NCBI GenBank assembly: GCA_964530995.1
Contig: CAZHCG010000001.1
Coordinates: 14,942 to 78,941, forward strand
DNA: 64,000 nucleotides
Direction: 5' to 3'
From: an uncultured Myxococcales bacterium
GTDB lineage: Bacteria > Myxococcota_A > Polyangia > JAAYKL01
The notes under the pieces are model-generated. The model saw only the letters and a list, made by a program, of their open reading frames with translations, ran no database searches and had not been told where the DNA came from. This document shows, piece after piece, positions 1 through 8,975 of the stretch. Numbering within the stretch: the first letter of the stretch is position 1; the number at the start of each line of letters is the position of its first letter. The position numbers and the translations under genes were made by a program.

Positions 1-32
1 CAGCCGTCGTACTGGCCGCGGCCTTCAGCCTG

Positions 33-305
33 TTGGCCACCGCAACGGCCGACTGGTGCCACATGCCGTACGAGCGGCCGATGGTCGAGGTCGAGCTCGA
101 CCAGGCGCAGCAGCATCTCGATGACGCCGGGTTCTACGGCGATGACCTGCAGGAGCTCGAGGACGCCAAGCGGCACCTCGAGAACGCCCTCAACCTCGTG
201 GAAGAGGGCATTCACCAGCACTACCCGTGTCCCGAGGTCGAAGAGGAATACCCCGACCTAGGAGACGATGACGACTGGCCCGCGTCTCAGCGCCGGCGCC
301 GGTAG
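33..305 (+). CDS. hypothetical acidic protein; the start may lie upstream of the window
   Basis: 90-aa ORF whose composition looks like real coding sequence; no homology recognised. Confidence 0.4.
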   Translation: MATATADWCHMPYERPMVEVELDQAQQHLDDAGFYGDDLQELEDAKRHLENALNLVEEGIHQHYPCPEVEEEYPDLGDDDDWPASQRRRR

Positions 306-317
306 GAGACGAGTTAC

Positions 318-539
318 ATGGCAGAGCCGAAGACGAAAGAGCACCGCGTCTCTCTGACGGCCGGAGCGCTGGAAGTCGTCGCCACGACCCTCACCGCCAA
401 GTACGTCAACGTGGACGAGGTCGCCAAGCTCAAGAAGAAGCTCGAGAAGAACGGGTGGGACCTGCGCAAGCTCGCCAAGGCCGCCGAGCCGTTGGTCGAA
501 GAAGCGGAGAGGCAGAAGGTCGAACGTGCCGAGAGCTAA
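318..539 (+). CDS. hypothetical small protein
   Basis: AGGAG ribosome-binding site upstream of the ATG; coding-like composition with K/E-rich helices. Confidence 0.5.
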   Translation: MAEPKTKEHRVSLTAGALEVVATTLTAKYVNVDEVAKLKKKLEKNGWDLRKLAKAAEPLVEEAERQKVERAES

Positions 540-646
540 TCGACAGCTCGGCGACAAGTCGCCGCGACGGTGCTCTCAGTGCACCACCGTACTGGCCGAG
601 GGAGACAAGGGTCCGCGTTGCGCGGAATGCGAGGAGATTGCGAGAA

Positions 647-1051
647 ATGGGCAAGCAAAGCCGGCGCCTGTCGAGGCGCAATCGGGGCCGGGGGGTGGAC
701 ACGTCGATGGTGCCGAAGCGCCTGATGCCGGGCCAGAGGGTGGTGGATCAACAGGGTCGAAGCTACCGGGTCGCGGTGCAGAGCGACGTTCCATCCGACG
801 TGATCGACGAGATCGAGCTCCTGGTGAACGCGGCGGTGGAGACAACAACGGGGAAGGCGTCAGAGTTCAAGGCGAGGCTCGCGATCACAAGGATGCGCCG
901 TGGTCAGGACGCCGTACACGTACGTCCATTCCTGCAGAACGCCTGCGCGCTCAACGAGGCGTACAGGCCGGCGCTCGCGGCGCTGGACGTGGTGTCGCCT
1001 CCGTCGCGCAGTTCGACGACGTCACGGCGGAGCTCCTCAAGCGAGGGTTGA
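647..1051 (+). CDS. hypothetical protein, possibly frameshifted relative to the overlapping 526..1179 frame
   Basis: ATG at 647 starts a protein-like stretch (…VPSDVIDEIELLVNAAVETTTGKASEFKARLAITRM…). A zinc-ribbon-like CSQC…CAEC lies in the neighbouring frame upstream, and a protein-like C-terminus (FDDVTAELLKRGLTDKAAVRARQVLMGEAQ) in the neighbouring frame downstream. Confidence 0.35.
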   Translation: MGKQSRRLSRRNRGRGVDTSMVPKRLMPGQRVVDQQGRSYRVAVQSDVPSDVIDEIELLVNAAVETTTGKASEFKARLAITRMRRGQDAVHVRPFLQNACALNEAYRPALAALDVVSPPSRSSTTSRRSSSSEG

Positions 1052-1175
1052 CGGACAAGGCCGCCGTCAGGGCGCGCCAAGTGCTCATGGGAGAGGCTCA
1101 GGCACAGGTCGGCAGGCCCCCCGGAGCATCAGCCGTGCGCGCGATCAAGCCGAGGTCCACCAAGAGGAGGATCGC

Positions 1176-1982
1176 GTGAATCCCGACCTGATCATGAGGC
1201 GCCTCATCGACAGCGTGCGCGCCGCCGGCATCAATGTCGTCGACATGCGCGGGCAGGTCCCCGAGAACCCCAACGGCAAGAAGTTCCCGAAGTGCTCCCT
1301 CGAGGATCAGACCGGCATCGTCGTGCATCACGGCGCGGCGGAGCGCGCACGATGGGACGGCCCGACGGCGGTCGCGTCCTACGCCTCGTGGCACATCGAC
1401 CGAGGCTTCCCATCGATTGGCTACCGCTTCATGATATGGGGCGACGGCACCCTCGCCGTGCTGCACGGCCTCGACGTGGCCAGCTACGCCACGGGCACCA
1501 GCAAGCGCCCTGGCGACGAGAACGCCCAATTCTCCTCAGTGTGCCTGACGGGCAACATGAAAGGGCCGCACAACAGCGACCAAATCGACGAACCCACGGC
1601 TGCTCAGTGGATCGCGCTCAAGACGCTGTTCAACCAGCATCTGAGGCTCGGCATCTTCCCGGGCTGGAACGACAAACCGTCCCTGTACGGCCACTACCAC
1701 TTCGGCAAGGCGGCCTGCCCGGGACAAGACGTCGAGAACTGGATCGAGCGCACTCGAAAATCGATGTGGCCTCACATCCGCTACGACTGGGAGATCGTGC
1801 AAGACCGGCAGCGTGCCCTCAAGGACGCCGGCTACTACGGAGGAAAGATCGACGGAGACTGGGGACCAAAGTCGAGCACCGCACACAACTCGTTCTGCGC
1901 AGCACATGGGCTCGAGCTCGGTATGTCGTGGGACAGCTCAACGCTGCACCGCAAGCTGTTCTATGTCATTGATGGCACATAG
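1176..1982 (+). CDS. endolysin: N-acetylmuramoyl-L-alanine amidase (amidase_2/PGRP fold) with a C-terminal peptidoglycan-binding domain
   Basis: AGGAGG then GTG at 1176. Amidase_2 motifs IVVHHGAAE…GYRFMIWGDG…SVCLTGN. C-terminal PG_binding_1-like LKDAGYYGGKIDGDWGPKSSTAHNSFCAAHGLE. The upstream part of ORF 900..1982 is Arg-rich junk. Confidence 0.85.
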   Translation: MNPDLIMRRLIDSVRAAGINVVDMRGQVPENPNGKKFPKCSLEDQTGIVVHHGAAERARWDGPTAVASYASWHIDRGFPSIGYRFMIWGDGTLAVLHGLDVASYATGTSKRPGDENAQFSSVCLTGNMKGPHNSDQIDEPTAAQWIALKTLFNQHLRLGIFPGWNDKPSLYGHYHFGKAACPGQDVENWIERTRKSMWPHIRYDWEIVQDRQRALKDAGYYGGKIDGDWGPKSSTAHNSFCAAHGLELGMSWDSSTLHRKLFYVIDGT

Positions 1983-2148
1983 CGATGAAGAGCTCGACAT
2001 TGGTGACATAGTCCGAGCTCCCGTGCCGGACGGAAATGGATTTCTACTCTTCGTTGTCTCGGACACGAAGGTAGTGATACTGAAGGACGGAGAAGATGAG
2101 GGACGATTCCTCATCTTCTTTGTGTATTGGCTGGAGAGGGACGAGTGA
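1972..2148 (+). CDS. small hydrophobic protein, possibly holin-like
   Basis: ATG overlaps the endolysin stop; lower-GC codons; hydrophobic stretches FLLFVVSDTKVVIL and FLIFFVYWL. Confidence 0.35.
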   Translation: MAHSDEELDIGDIVRAPVPDGNGFLLFVVSDTKVVILKDGEDEGRFLIFFVYWLERDE

Positions 2149-2501
2149 GTCAGATCGAGGCGAGATACGAGAGGGACGCGGCGCGACGCCTGTGGGTTGG
2201 CCGCGTGTACGGGTCCGGTCACATCGTGCACGGGCGGACCGTCCGAGAGGCTCGGGAGAGGCTCCTGAGGGCCACCGGGTACGACGGTGTGGACGTGAGA
2301 GACTGCGTGGTGCTTCCAACCGTGCTGCGACAGGCGCTCAACTTCTACGCGATCGCCACGCGGCGAGGGACGCTGGTGCGCTCCACGCAGGACGCCCTCG
2401 CACGCGCCTTCATCGCCATGGGCCTCGGCGTCAGGGAGGCCGCTGCGCTGGCAGACGTCTCCGCCACCACGATGTGGCGGTGGATGAGGAGAGTTCGATG
2501 A
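2145..2501 (+). CDS. helix-turn-helix DNA-binding protein
   Basis: GTG after GGAGAGGGACGA; C-terminal HTH-like GVREAAALADVSATTMWRWMRR. Confidence 0.5.
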   Translation: MSQIEARYERDAARRLWVGRVYGSGHIVHGRTVREARERLLRATGYDGVDVRDCVVLPTVLRQALNFYAIATRRGTLVRSTQDALARAFIAMGLGVREAAALADVSATTMWRWMRRVR

Positions 2502-2716
2502 GACTGAGCGAGGTTCCCGAGGCGCCCGAGCGCTACAAGTCGATGAAGAGCCGCAACGGCGGCGACGTGATGGCCACCCCGAATCGCGAGCTCGCGTGGC
2601 GCGAGGGGTACAAGGCCGCGGTTAACGGCATCGGCAAGAACCCACACCCCGTCACGCATCCGACGCGGCACCGTGCGTGGAAGGACGGCTACCAGGCGGG
2701 GCTCGACGCGGCATGA
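2498..2716 (+). CDS. small protein with ribosome modulation factor (Rmf)-like motifs
   Basis: ATGA overlaps on both sides; motifs AWREGYKAAVNG and AWKDGYQAG resemble the Rmf RGYQAG / GWREA signature. Confidence 0.45.
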   Translation: MRLSEVPEAPERYKSMKSRNGGDVMATPNRELAWREGYKAAVNGIGKNPHPVTHPTRHRAWKDGYQAGLDAA

Positions 2717-4371
2717 CTCAGCTGGTCCTTGGCCGATATGCGCCAATGGACCACCAGGCTGAAGATGTCGAGAGGCTCTCTTCACACCCGCGAATCAACG
2801 TCTGGAACGGCCTAGGGACCGGGAAGACCGCGACTGTAGCGTGGTGGCTTCAACGGCTGTGGTGGTCCGAGGTGGTTGATGAGGCGGTGCTCGTGCTGCC
2901 GTCCATGACCGCTCGAGACTGGCGCGAAACGTTGGAATTTACGGCGTGGCCAGAGGGCCTGGTCGACTTCTGGGACTGTCGCCCGCCGCGTCACACGCTC
3001 ATAGGGGAGGCTTTCACCGAATCCGCCAGGCCGCCGGGCCATCGGTTCAGGGTCATGTGCACGACGTACGGCGGCGCCAGGGCGCTGATGGACGGCCGCA
3101 CCACCGGCAAAAGGTATCGCGTAGATGAGAGCGGCCAGCTGATGAGCTGCGTCCGAGGTAGGCGCATCGCTGCCGTCTTCGACGAGAGCCAAGGTGCCGC
3201 TCTTCAATCCTCCCAGCAGGGAATCGCCTGTCGAGCGCTCGCGTCGGCCTGCCGGTCGGTGGCGAGCGTGACGGCCACGCCTATTGGCAATCCAATCGCC
3301 ATGAGGCTCTGGGGCATGGCCAAGCTCGTCAGGCCTGACCTTCTGACGCGAGTGGTGCCGCCTCCGCTAGGATCCGTCGTCCCCAAGGTAGGGTCGTTCA
3401 ACGCCTTCAAGGCGCGCTATGGGTTCCTCAACGACCCAAGGCAGGATCAAGCCGCTCGCCAAGGGCGCACGATTCCGTTCAACATCAATCGCGCGTATCC
3501 GGTCAGCGTAGACCAGGTGAAGCTGAAGAACGAGATACTCGCGCCCATGGCACCGTTCACCACCAGGCGCGCGAAAGAGGACTGCCTAGATCTGCCGCCG
3601 AAGGTGTTCATGCGGCGCCAGTTCAGGCTCCCTGCCGCCGCTGAACGAATCATGGATGATCTTGTTGAAGAAGATCGCGCTGTCCTCGAGTCTGGCACCG
3701 TCATCGTGCCGCAGAACATCCTTGTGGAGAACCTTCGAACGTACCAATTGTGCGGGGGATGGCTCGCTGGCGAGCCGGTGCACGACGGAAAGCTGAGGCT
3801 GCTCGAGGAGGTCTTAGGTGAGATACGCGAGAACCTCGGGTCAGATGCGCCGATACTTGTTTGGGCAAGAGGTAGTCGAGAGCTTGTGGGATCGGCTCTG
3901 GTTGCGGCTGGGACTCCACCACGCGAGGCGTTCAGCAAGGTCTCTGCTTGCTATCCCCCTGGGGAATCGGCGCCCGTTCGTGCGCTGTACGTTAGGTCGG
4001 TCAAAGACGCCGAAGGAAAGGGCGTCGGACTCATCCACGGGCCGACCGCCGACTCAGAGCGCGACAGAATACAGGATGAGTGGAAGGCCGGAAGGCTACG
4101 GGTCGTTGTGGCGCACCCGGGTGTCGCGGGGGCGGGGCTGAATTGGCAGCACGTCAAGGCCAGCGTGTATTATTCGTCGCCAGGCGGGTCAATCGCGCGC
4201 AATCAATCGGAGGACAGGGTGCATCGCAAGGGCCTTGAACATACGGCCCTGTACTACGACCTGACGGTAGAGGGCGGGCCAGACGAGGCGGTCGTCATGG
4301 CCCATCGAAGGGAGATCAACGTAGAAGCGGCATTGCTTCAGTGGCTGGCGGACCGTGCTGGCCATCGGTGA
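2713..4371 (+). CDS. SNF2/DEAD-like superfamily 2 helicase
   Basis: Motif I GLGTGKTATVAWW, motif II VFDESQGA, helicase-C region GLIHGPTADSERDRIQDEWKAGRLRVVVAHPGVAGAGLNWQHV. Confidence 0.8.
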   Translation: MTQLVLGRYAPMDHQAEDVERLSSHPRINVWNGLGTGKTATVAWWLQRLWWSEVVDEAVLVLPSMTARDWRETLEFTAWPEGLVDFWDCRPPRHTLIGEAFTESARPPGHRFRVMCTTYGGARALMDGRTTGKRYRVDESGQLMSCVRGRRIAAVFDESQGAALQSSQQGIACRALASACRSVASVTATPIGNPIAMRLWGMAKLVRPDLLTRVVPPPLGSVVPKVGSFNAFKARYGFLNDPRQDQAARQGRTIPFNINRAYPVSVDQVKLKNEILAPMAPFTTRRAKEDCLDLPPKVFMRRQFRLPAAAERIMDDLVEEDRAVLESGTVIVPQNILVENLRTYQLCGGWLAGEPVHDGKLRLLEEVLGEIRENLGSDAPILVWARGSRELVGSALVAAGTPPREAFSKVSACYPPGESAPVRALYVRSVKDAEGKGVGLIHGPTADSERDRIQDEWKAGRLRVVVAHPGVAGAGLNWQHVKASVYYSSPGGSIARNQSEDRVHRKGLEHTALYYDLTVEGGPDEAVVMAHRREINVEAALLQWLADRAGHR

Positions 4372-4420
4372 GCGATGTTTTGCCTGCGGATCACCGGGGG
4401 TATCCCGCGGGGGTTCTCGG

Positions 4421-4429
4421 TGGTATAAT
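4421..4429 (+). promoter_or_regulatory. extended -10 promoter element TGGTATAAT
   Basis: One of at least ten near-identical TGnTATA(A/C)T elements, each 30-70 nt upstream of an operon start. Confidence 0.5.
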
Positions 4430-4487
4430 GGAACTATAGCATGGGGTTGCCGTACCCCCACCAAACCAACGAAGGAGACACTACGAG

Positions 4488-4775
4488 ATGGGCGACAGGA
4501 CCAAAGCAGACGAGTACCAGGCCGGGCAGCCACAGATGCACGTACCGAAGGATGCGGTGAACTGCGTCCAGGTGGTGATCTTCGACGACAACTCCATACA
4601 CGTGGCGGCGCCGCCCATCGGAGGCTTGGACGAGACCCCCATGATCCAGGCGCTCGTCGACGGCCTGGACGCGATGGGGTACGCCGCCGAGCTCACGCCG
4701 CACGACAGTGGCCCCGGCCACGTGGAACTCACGGGAATTCACACGCCCGGGACGGCGGTTCCAGGCGAGGCGTGA
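4488..4775 (+). CDS. hypothetical protein
   Basis: GAAGGAGA ribosome-binding site; promoter-like element upstream. Confidence 0.55.
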   Translation: MGDRTKADEYQAGQPQMHVPKDAVNCVQVVIFDDNSIHVAAPPIGGLDETPMIQALVDGLDAMGYAAELTPHDSGPGHVELTGIHTPGTAVPGEA

Positions 4776-4808
4776 CGGAAGTCGGCCACTGGCAGAAAGC
4801 CGAGGGCC

Positions 4809-4818
4809 TTGGTATAGT
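4809..4818 (+). promoter_or_regulatory. extended -10 promoter element TTGGTATAGT
   Basis: Same motif family; followed by the same cgaaggaga…gagatgg ribosome-binding context as at 4470. Confidence 0.45.
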
Positions 4819-4854
4819 AACGATGAAACCCACCGTTCGAAGGAGAACCAAGAG

Positions 4855-5895
4855 ATGGCAGACGAGGAAAACACGGACCTGATGGCCCCGGTAGACGCCG
4901 GGGACCTCATGGCGCCAGCGGCCGCCCCGCAGTTCAAGCGAGAGGACGCAGGCAAGGGCGCGGAGGACGTCGACTCGCACGGCGTCATCCTCCCGCGCAT
5001 CAACCTCCTGCAGGCGCTGAGCAAGCCCGTTCAGAATGGGCTCGATGGCGCGTCGCAGGGCTGCTACTGGATGGCCCCGCACAACCGACCGGTGACCCTG
5101 TCGCCCTCGGACGCGTTCAAGTTCGTGGTGGTGCGCATCTATCCGGCGCAGCGGCTGTGGACGCCCATCGACGAGGGCGGCGGCCTGGTGTGCGAGGCGG
5201 CCGGCGGCGACCTGCGCGCGACCAACCCCATGGGCAAGACCGGATGCAAGATCGTCATCGATACCGACAAGAAGGGCAACATCCGCGACATCGACTGGGA
5301 TGGCGGCGAGCCCACCGACAACTGCCGCGCGTGCGCGTACGGCCTCGGCGCCGCAGCCCTGGCCGCCAGCCGCGATCCGCTCATGTGCAAGCCCAACGCG
5401 TGGCTCCCCAAGATGATGGAGGTCGAGGGGGAGATGGTGCGCGTCCCCGACGACAAGCGCGCCCCCAAGTGCCAGTCGTCCCAGGACGTCCTGGGGCTCG
5501 TGCTGGTCCCCGAGTACGGCGGGCTGAGCGCGGAGCTCCTGCCGGCGTTCATCAGCTTCACCCGCACGGGTGAGCCCGCCGGCCGACAGCTCGCCGGCAT
5601 GATCAAGCTCGCGGCGGCCGAGCCCGCGTGGGCCAAGATCTACGAGATGAGCGCCAACCAGGTGCAGAACGACAAGGGCACCTTCTACGTCCCGCAGATC
5701 AAGACCGTCGGCTACGCGCAGGAGGGCATCCTGAAGCAGGCCTCGGACCTGTACGACCTGGCCCGCGACAAGAGCTACCGGCCGGACGTCAGCAACGGCG
5801 AGGACTCCTACGCGGCCCCGGTGAACGAGGAAGGCGCAACCGTCCCGGCGGACAAGATCAAGGACGACGAGGCGGCTCCCGAAGAGGGGTTCTAG
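4855..5895 (+). CDS. hypothetical Cys-rich protein, possibly zinc-binding
   Basis: GAAGGAGAA ribosome-binding site; cysteine cluster CEAAGG…CKIV…CRACAYG…CKPNAW…CQSS. Confidence 0.6.
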   Translation: MADEENTDLMAPVDAGDLMAPAAAPQFKREDAGKGAEDVDSHGVILPRINLLQALSKPVQNGLDGASQGCYWMAPHNRPVTLSPSDAFKFVVVRIYPAQRLWTPIDEGGGLVCEAAGGDLRATNPMGKTGCKIVIDTDKKGNIRDIDWDGGEPTDNCRACAYGLGAAALAASRDPLMCKPNAWLPKMMEVEGEMVRVPDDKRAPKCQSSQDVLGLVLVPEYGGLSAELLPAFISFTRTGEPAGRQLAGMIKLAAAEPAWAKIYEMSANQVQNDKGTFYVPQIKTVGYAQEGILKQASDLYDLARDKSYRPDVSNGEDSYAAPVNEEGATVPADKIKDDEAAPEEGF

Positions 5896-5907
5896 TCGCC
5901 ACCTGAC

Positions 5908-5948
5908 GGGCCCTGCCCCAACGGAGCGAGTTCCAGCGGGGCAGGGCC
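5908..5948 (+). terminator. GC-rich hairpin (GGGCCCTGCCCC…GGGGCAGGGCC), probable intrinsic terminator
   Basis: 11-12 bp perfect stem immediately after the stop at 5895. Confidence 0.45.
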
Positions 5949-5965
5949 GTGGTGGGCCTTGAAGA

Positions 5966-8833
5966 ATGGCTCGAAAGGCAAGCCCACAGGAGCTCAGCGC
6001 CGCCGTCGTAGCGTTGGGTATTGACGAATCGAGCGCCAATCAGCAGGGGTGGGCGACGACCACCTGCCCTGCTTGCAGCAGCGGCGGTGGTAGTCCGTCG
6101 CTTAGAGTCAATATCAATACCGGCGCATACAGGTGCTTTAGGTGCAATGCCGGCTCAGACGACGATGGCCCAACTATTTACGAGTTCGCGTCCAATCCGC
6201 GGTCCCCAACCGTCACGCGCGGCAACATCGGCAAGTCTGACATACCACCGCTGTCCGACGACCTGGTGGATCGATACCATCGGTTCTTGGTCGATTCTCC
6301 AAGCGTGGTATCTGACGTAGAGCGCGTCCGCGGTTGGACCGAAGAGACGATTAAATCGCTGAAGATCGGGTGGGACGGGAGTCACATGTGGATTCCCGTC
6401 CGAGATCCACGCGGACATCTGGTAAATGCCAGGTTGTACGATCCCTTCAAGAGGGCGCGCGCAAAATCGTACCACTACGCCAATGCCGACGGACTCAAGC
6501 GCACAACGGTGTGGCTGCCATTCGGCGTAGAGAGCCTCGAGGGGCACGACTCCATCTGGATGTTCGAAGGTGAACCCGACGGGATACTCGCCGCGCAGAT
6601 GGGGTTCCCCGCCATGCTCATTACAGGCGGTGCGGGGACGTGGACTGACGAGGTGCTGCCAGTCATAGGCTCCAGGAAAGTCGTGCTCTGCTACGACGCA
6701 GACGCGGCAGGAAGGCGCGGAGCGGCGTCCATCGCCCAGCGCCTTCGAGCGCATGACAAGCAGGTCATCGACCTAGAGATGCAGCTGTCATCGATGGAGT
6801 TGAACGACTTCACCGACGCGGTGCTCAAGGACAAGCGCAAGAGCATCTGGTTTCGCAAGATCGCCAAGGCGATGTGGGATGGCAACGTAGAGGTAGAGGG
6901 CGAGGATCCTCCAATCCCAGTGAAGCTCGGCGGCGGCGTCCCCAACGAACCGGTAGCGGTCAAAGCCCACGTGCTTGGGTCTCACACGGTGCCCGTGCTG
7001 GTGCCACAGACGATCGAGGCGACGTGCCAGATGGACTGGCAGCCAGACCGATCGTGTCGCGGATGCCCGGTGCAACGAGCAAACGGCCTGTTGCGCATAG
7101 CCATCGACCCAGAGAGTCAAGAGCTTGGCGTCATGTGCGTGACGACGGCCAAGCAGCAACCCATCGAGTTCCGGCGACTTTGTGGGATTCCGACGAGGTG
7201 TCCCCGAGCCCAATTTAACGACGGCGGAATGTGGCAGGTCCAGCACATCAAGCTCATACCGCCAATGTCGGAAAGGCATGGCGGTGACTCAACAGTCAGG
7301 TCTGGGATGTTCGTGGCGCCGGCTGACGGCCGCCCCATTCACGTCAGGTCCAATCAGCTGTACGAGTTCACCGGCAGAGTGGTTCCAGACGTCATAACCA
7401 ACGAATGGACGCTACTATCGTCGGAGGCCACGCCAGCGGAGGATGACATCGACTCCTTCGTGCTGGATGCCACGACGGCGTCTGGCATGGCCGACGCTTT
7501 TCGGCCGGCGGAATGGACGCCGGAGGCCATCGAGCGCGTATTGTCACAAGAGGAGAGATCGCTCGCCAGACACGTCACCAAGATCTATGGGCGTGACGCG
7601 CTGCTGCGCATGATAGACCTGGCGTACCACAGCGTCATTTCGTTCAAGTTCAGAGATTCGTACGTCAATCGCGGCTGGATGTCGCTGCTGGTGATCGGAG
7701 ACACACGCACCGGCAAGTCTGAGACGATTGGCGCCCTGTCCAGGCACTTCGGCGCAGGCAAGGTGGTCATCGACCCGGCGAACACCACGTTCGCAGGCTT
7801 GGTCGGCGGCCTACAGCAGATCGGACGTGGAGACAAGTCGTGGGTCATCACCTGGGGACTCATCCCGACTAACGACCGCGGATTGGTAGTGATCGATGAA
7901 ACGTCGAGCCTTCCCATCAATGACATCGCCAAAATGTCAGGCATGCGATCCGCCGGAATCGCAGAGATCACCAAGATCAGAAATGCATCGACGCCTGCTC
8001 GCACGCGACTTATTATGGCGGGAAACCCCAGAGGAATCGCTAGAACGCTTTCGTCGTATGGGACTCCGGTGGAAGCCGTCATGGATCTCATCGGCACTCC
8101 TGAAGACGTGGCTCGATTCGACGCCGCCGTCGGAGTGAAGCTCGGCCTGGACAAGGAGCGCGCAAGCGTCGAGCTGGGAGATCAGCCGCCCCCGGTTCCC
8201 ATCGAGCTGAGGCGGGCGCTGATCAAGTTCGCGTGGTCGAGGAGAGCGGAGCACATCGAGTGGGAGACAGACGCCGAGCGCGAGGCCGTGAGTGCCGCAT
8301 CAGACATGGTAAGCAAGTATCACCCGTCGGTGCCGCTCGTGGAGCCATCGGAGCAGGACCTCAAGGTGGCCCGGGTGGCAGTTGCAATGGCAGTGAGGAC
8401 GTTCAGCGTAAGAAGCGACGACCCTAATACAGTAGTAGTGCGCCCGTGTCACGTTCAATTCGCCAGGGCTAGCATCGAGATGGCGTACGACGGAGACCTC
8501 GGGTACGACAGATTCAGCGAGTACCTTGGACGCATGCGATTGGACAAGAACGCCGTATTGAAGGCGGTCATGAGCGTGCAAAAGAACGTCGCTAAGACGT
8601 GTCGCGCGCTACTATCAATCCGCAGAGTGACGCCGAATTCCATCGGCATGGCGCTCGCGCTGGACGGTAGCGAGTCCAGAGTGTTCATCGCCAACATGGC
8701 GCAGAACGGAGCGGCGTCATTTACACAGGAAGATACTCGCAACACTGCCATGTCGTGGACGCCTGGATTTGTGTCGATGCTGCGCGACATGGAGAAGAAT
8801 CCGCCCGAGGTAAAGGGCGAGGACATGTTCTAA
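5966..8833 (+). CDS. DNA primase-helicase: zinc-binding N-terminus, DnaG-type TOPRIM and P-loop NTPase
   Basis: CPACSS…CFRC zinc-binding motif; TOPRIM WMFEGEPDGILAAQ…VVLCYDADAAG; Walker A IGDTRTGKSE; Walker B VVIDETSS. Confidence 0.8.
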   Translation: MARKASPQELSAAVVALGIDESSANQQGWATTTCPACSSGGGSPSLRVNINTGAYRCFRCNAGSDDDGPTIYEFASNPRSPTVTRGNIGKSDIPPLSDDLVDRYHRFLVDSPSVVSDVERVRGWTEETIKSLKIGWDGSHMWIPVRDPRGHLVNARLYDPFKRARAKSYHYANADGLKRTTVWLPFGVESLEGHDSIWMFEGEPDGILAAQMGFPAMLITGGAGTWTDEVLPVIGSRKVVLCYDADAAGRRGAASIAQRLRAHDKQVIDLEMQLSSMELNDFTDAVLKDKRKSIWFRKIAKAMWDGNVEVEGEDPPIPVKLGGGVPNEPVAVKAHVLGSHTVPVLVPQTIEATCQMDWQPDRSCRGCPVQRANGLLRIAIDPESQELGVMCVTTAKQQPIEFRRLCGIPTRCPRAQFNDGGMWQVQHIKLIPPMSERHGGDSTVRSGMFVAPADGRPIHVRSNQLYEFTGRVVPDVITNEWTLLSSEATPAEDDIDSFVLDATTASGMADAFRPAEWTPEAIERVLSQEERSLARHVTKIYGRDALLRMIDLAYHSVISFKFRDSYVNRGWMSLLVIGDTRTGKSETIGALSRHFGAGKVVIDPANTTFAGLVGGLQQIGRGDKSWVITWGLIPTNDRGLVVIDETSSLPINDIAKMSGMRSAGIAEITKIRNASTPARTRLIMAGNPRGIARTLSSYGTPVEAVMDLIGTPEDVARFDAAVGVKLGLDKERASVELGDQPPPVPIELRRALIKFAWSRRAEHIEWETDAEREAVSAASDMVSKYHPSVPLVEPSEQDLKVARVAVAMAVRTFSVRSDDPNTVVVRPCHVQFARASIEMAYDGDLGYDRFSEYLGRMRLDKNAVLKAVMSVQKNVAKTCRALLSIRRVTPNSIGMALALDGSESRVFIANMAQNGAASFTQEDTRNTAMSWTPGFVSMLRDMEKNPPEVKGEDMF

Positions 8834-8913
8834 CGGTGACGACATGACAGCCAGTGCGCGCGACACGGCGCGACACAACGAGGACATGTGGCGTGGCCCG
8901 CCTCCATAGGTCA

Positions 8914-8922
8914 TGGTATACT
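8914..8922 (+). promoter_or_regulatory. extended -10 promoter element TGGTATACT
   Basis: Motif family member upstream of 8976. Confidence 0.45.
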
Positions 8923-8975
8923 TGAGACGTAAGCAAGGGATGGGTATCGTCTACCAAAGAAAGGAACCAGACAAC

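Noticed and set aside
900-1175. N-terminal 92-aa extension of the endolysin ORF
   Set aside because: The translation is Arg/Gly-rich junk. A strong AGGAGG ribosome-binding site precedes the in-frame GTG at 1176, where the amidase domain begins.
4729-6039. 436-aa minus-strand ORF
   Set aside because: Antisense to 4855..5895 and to the start of the primase gene; low-complexity.
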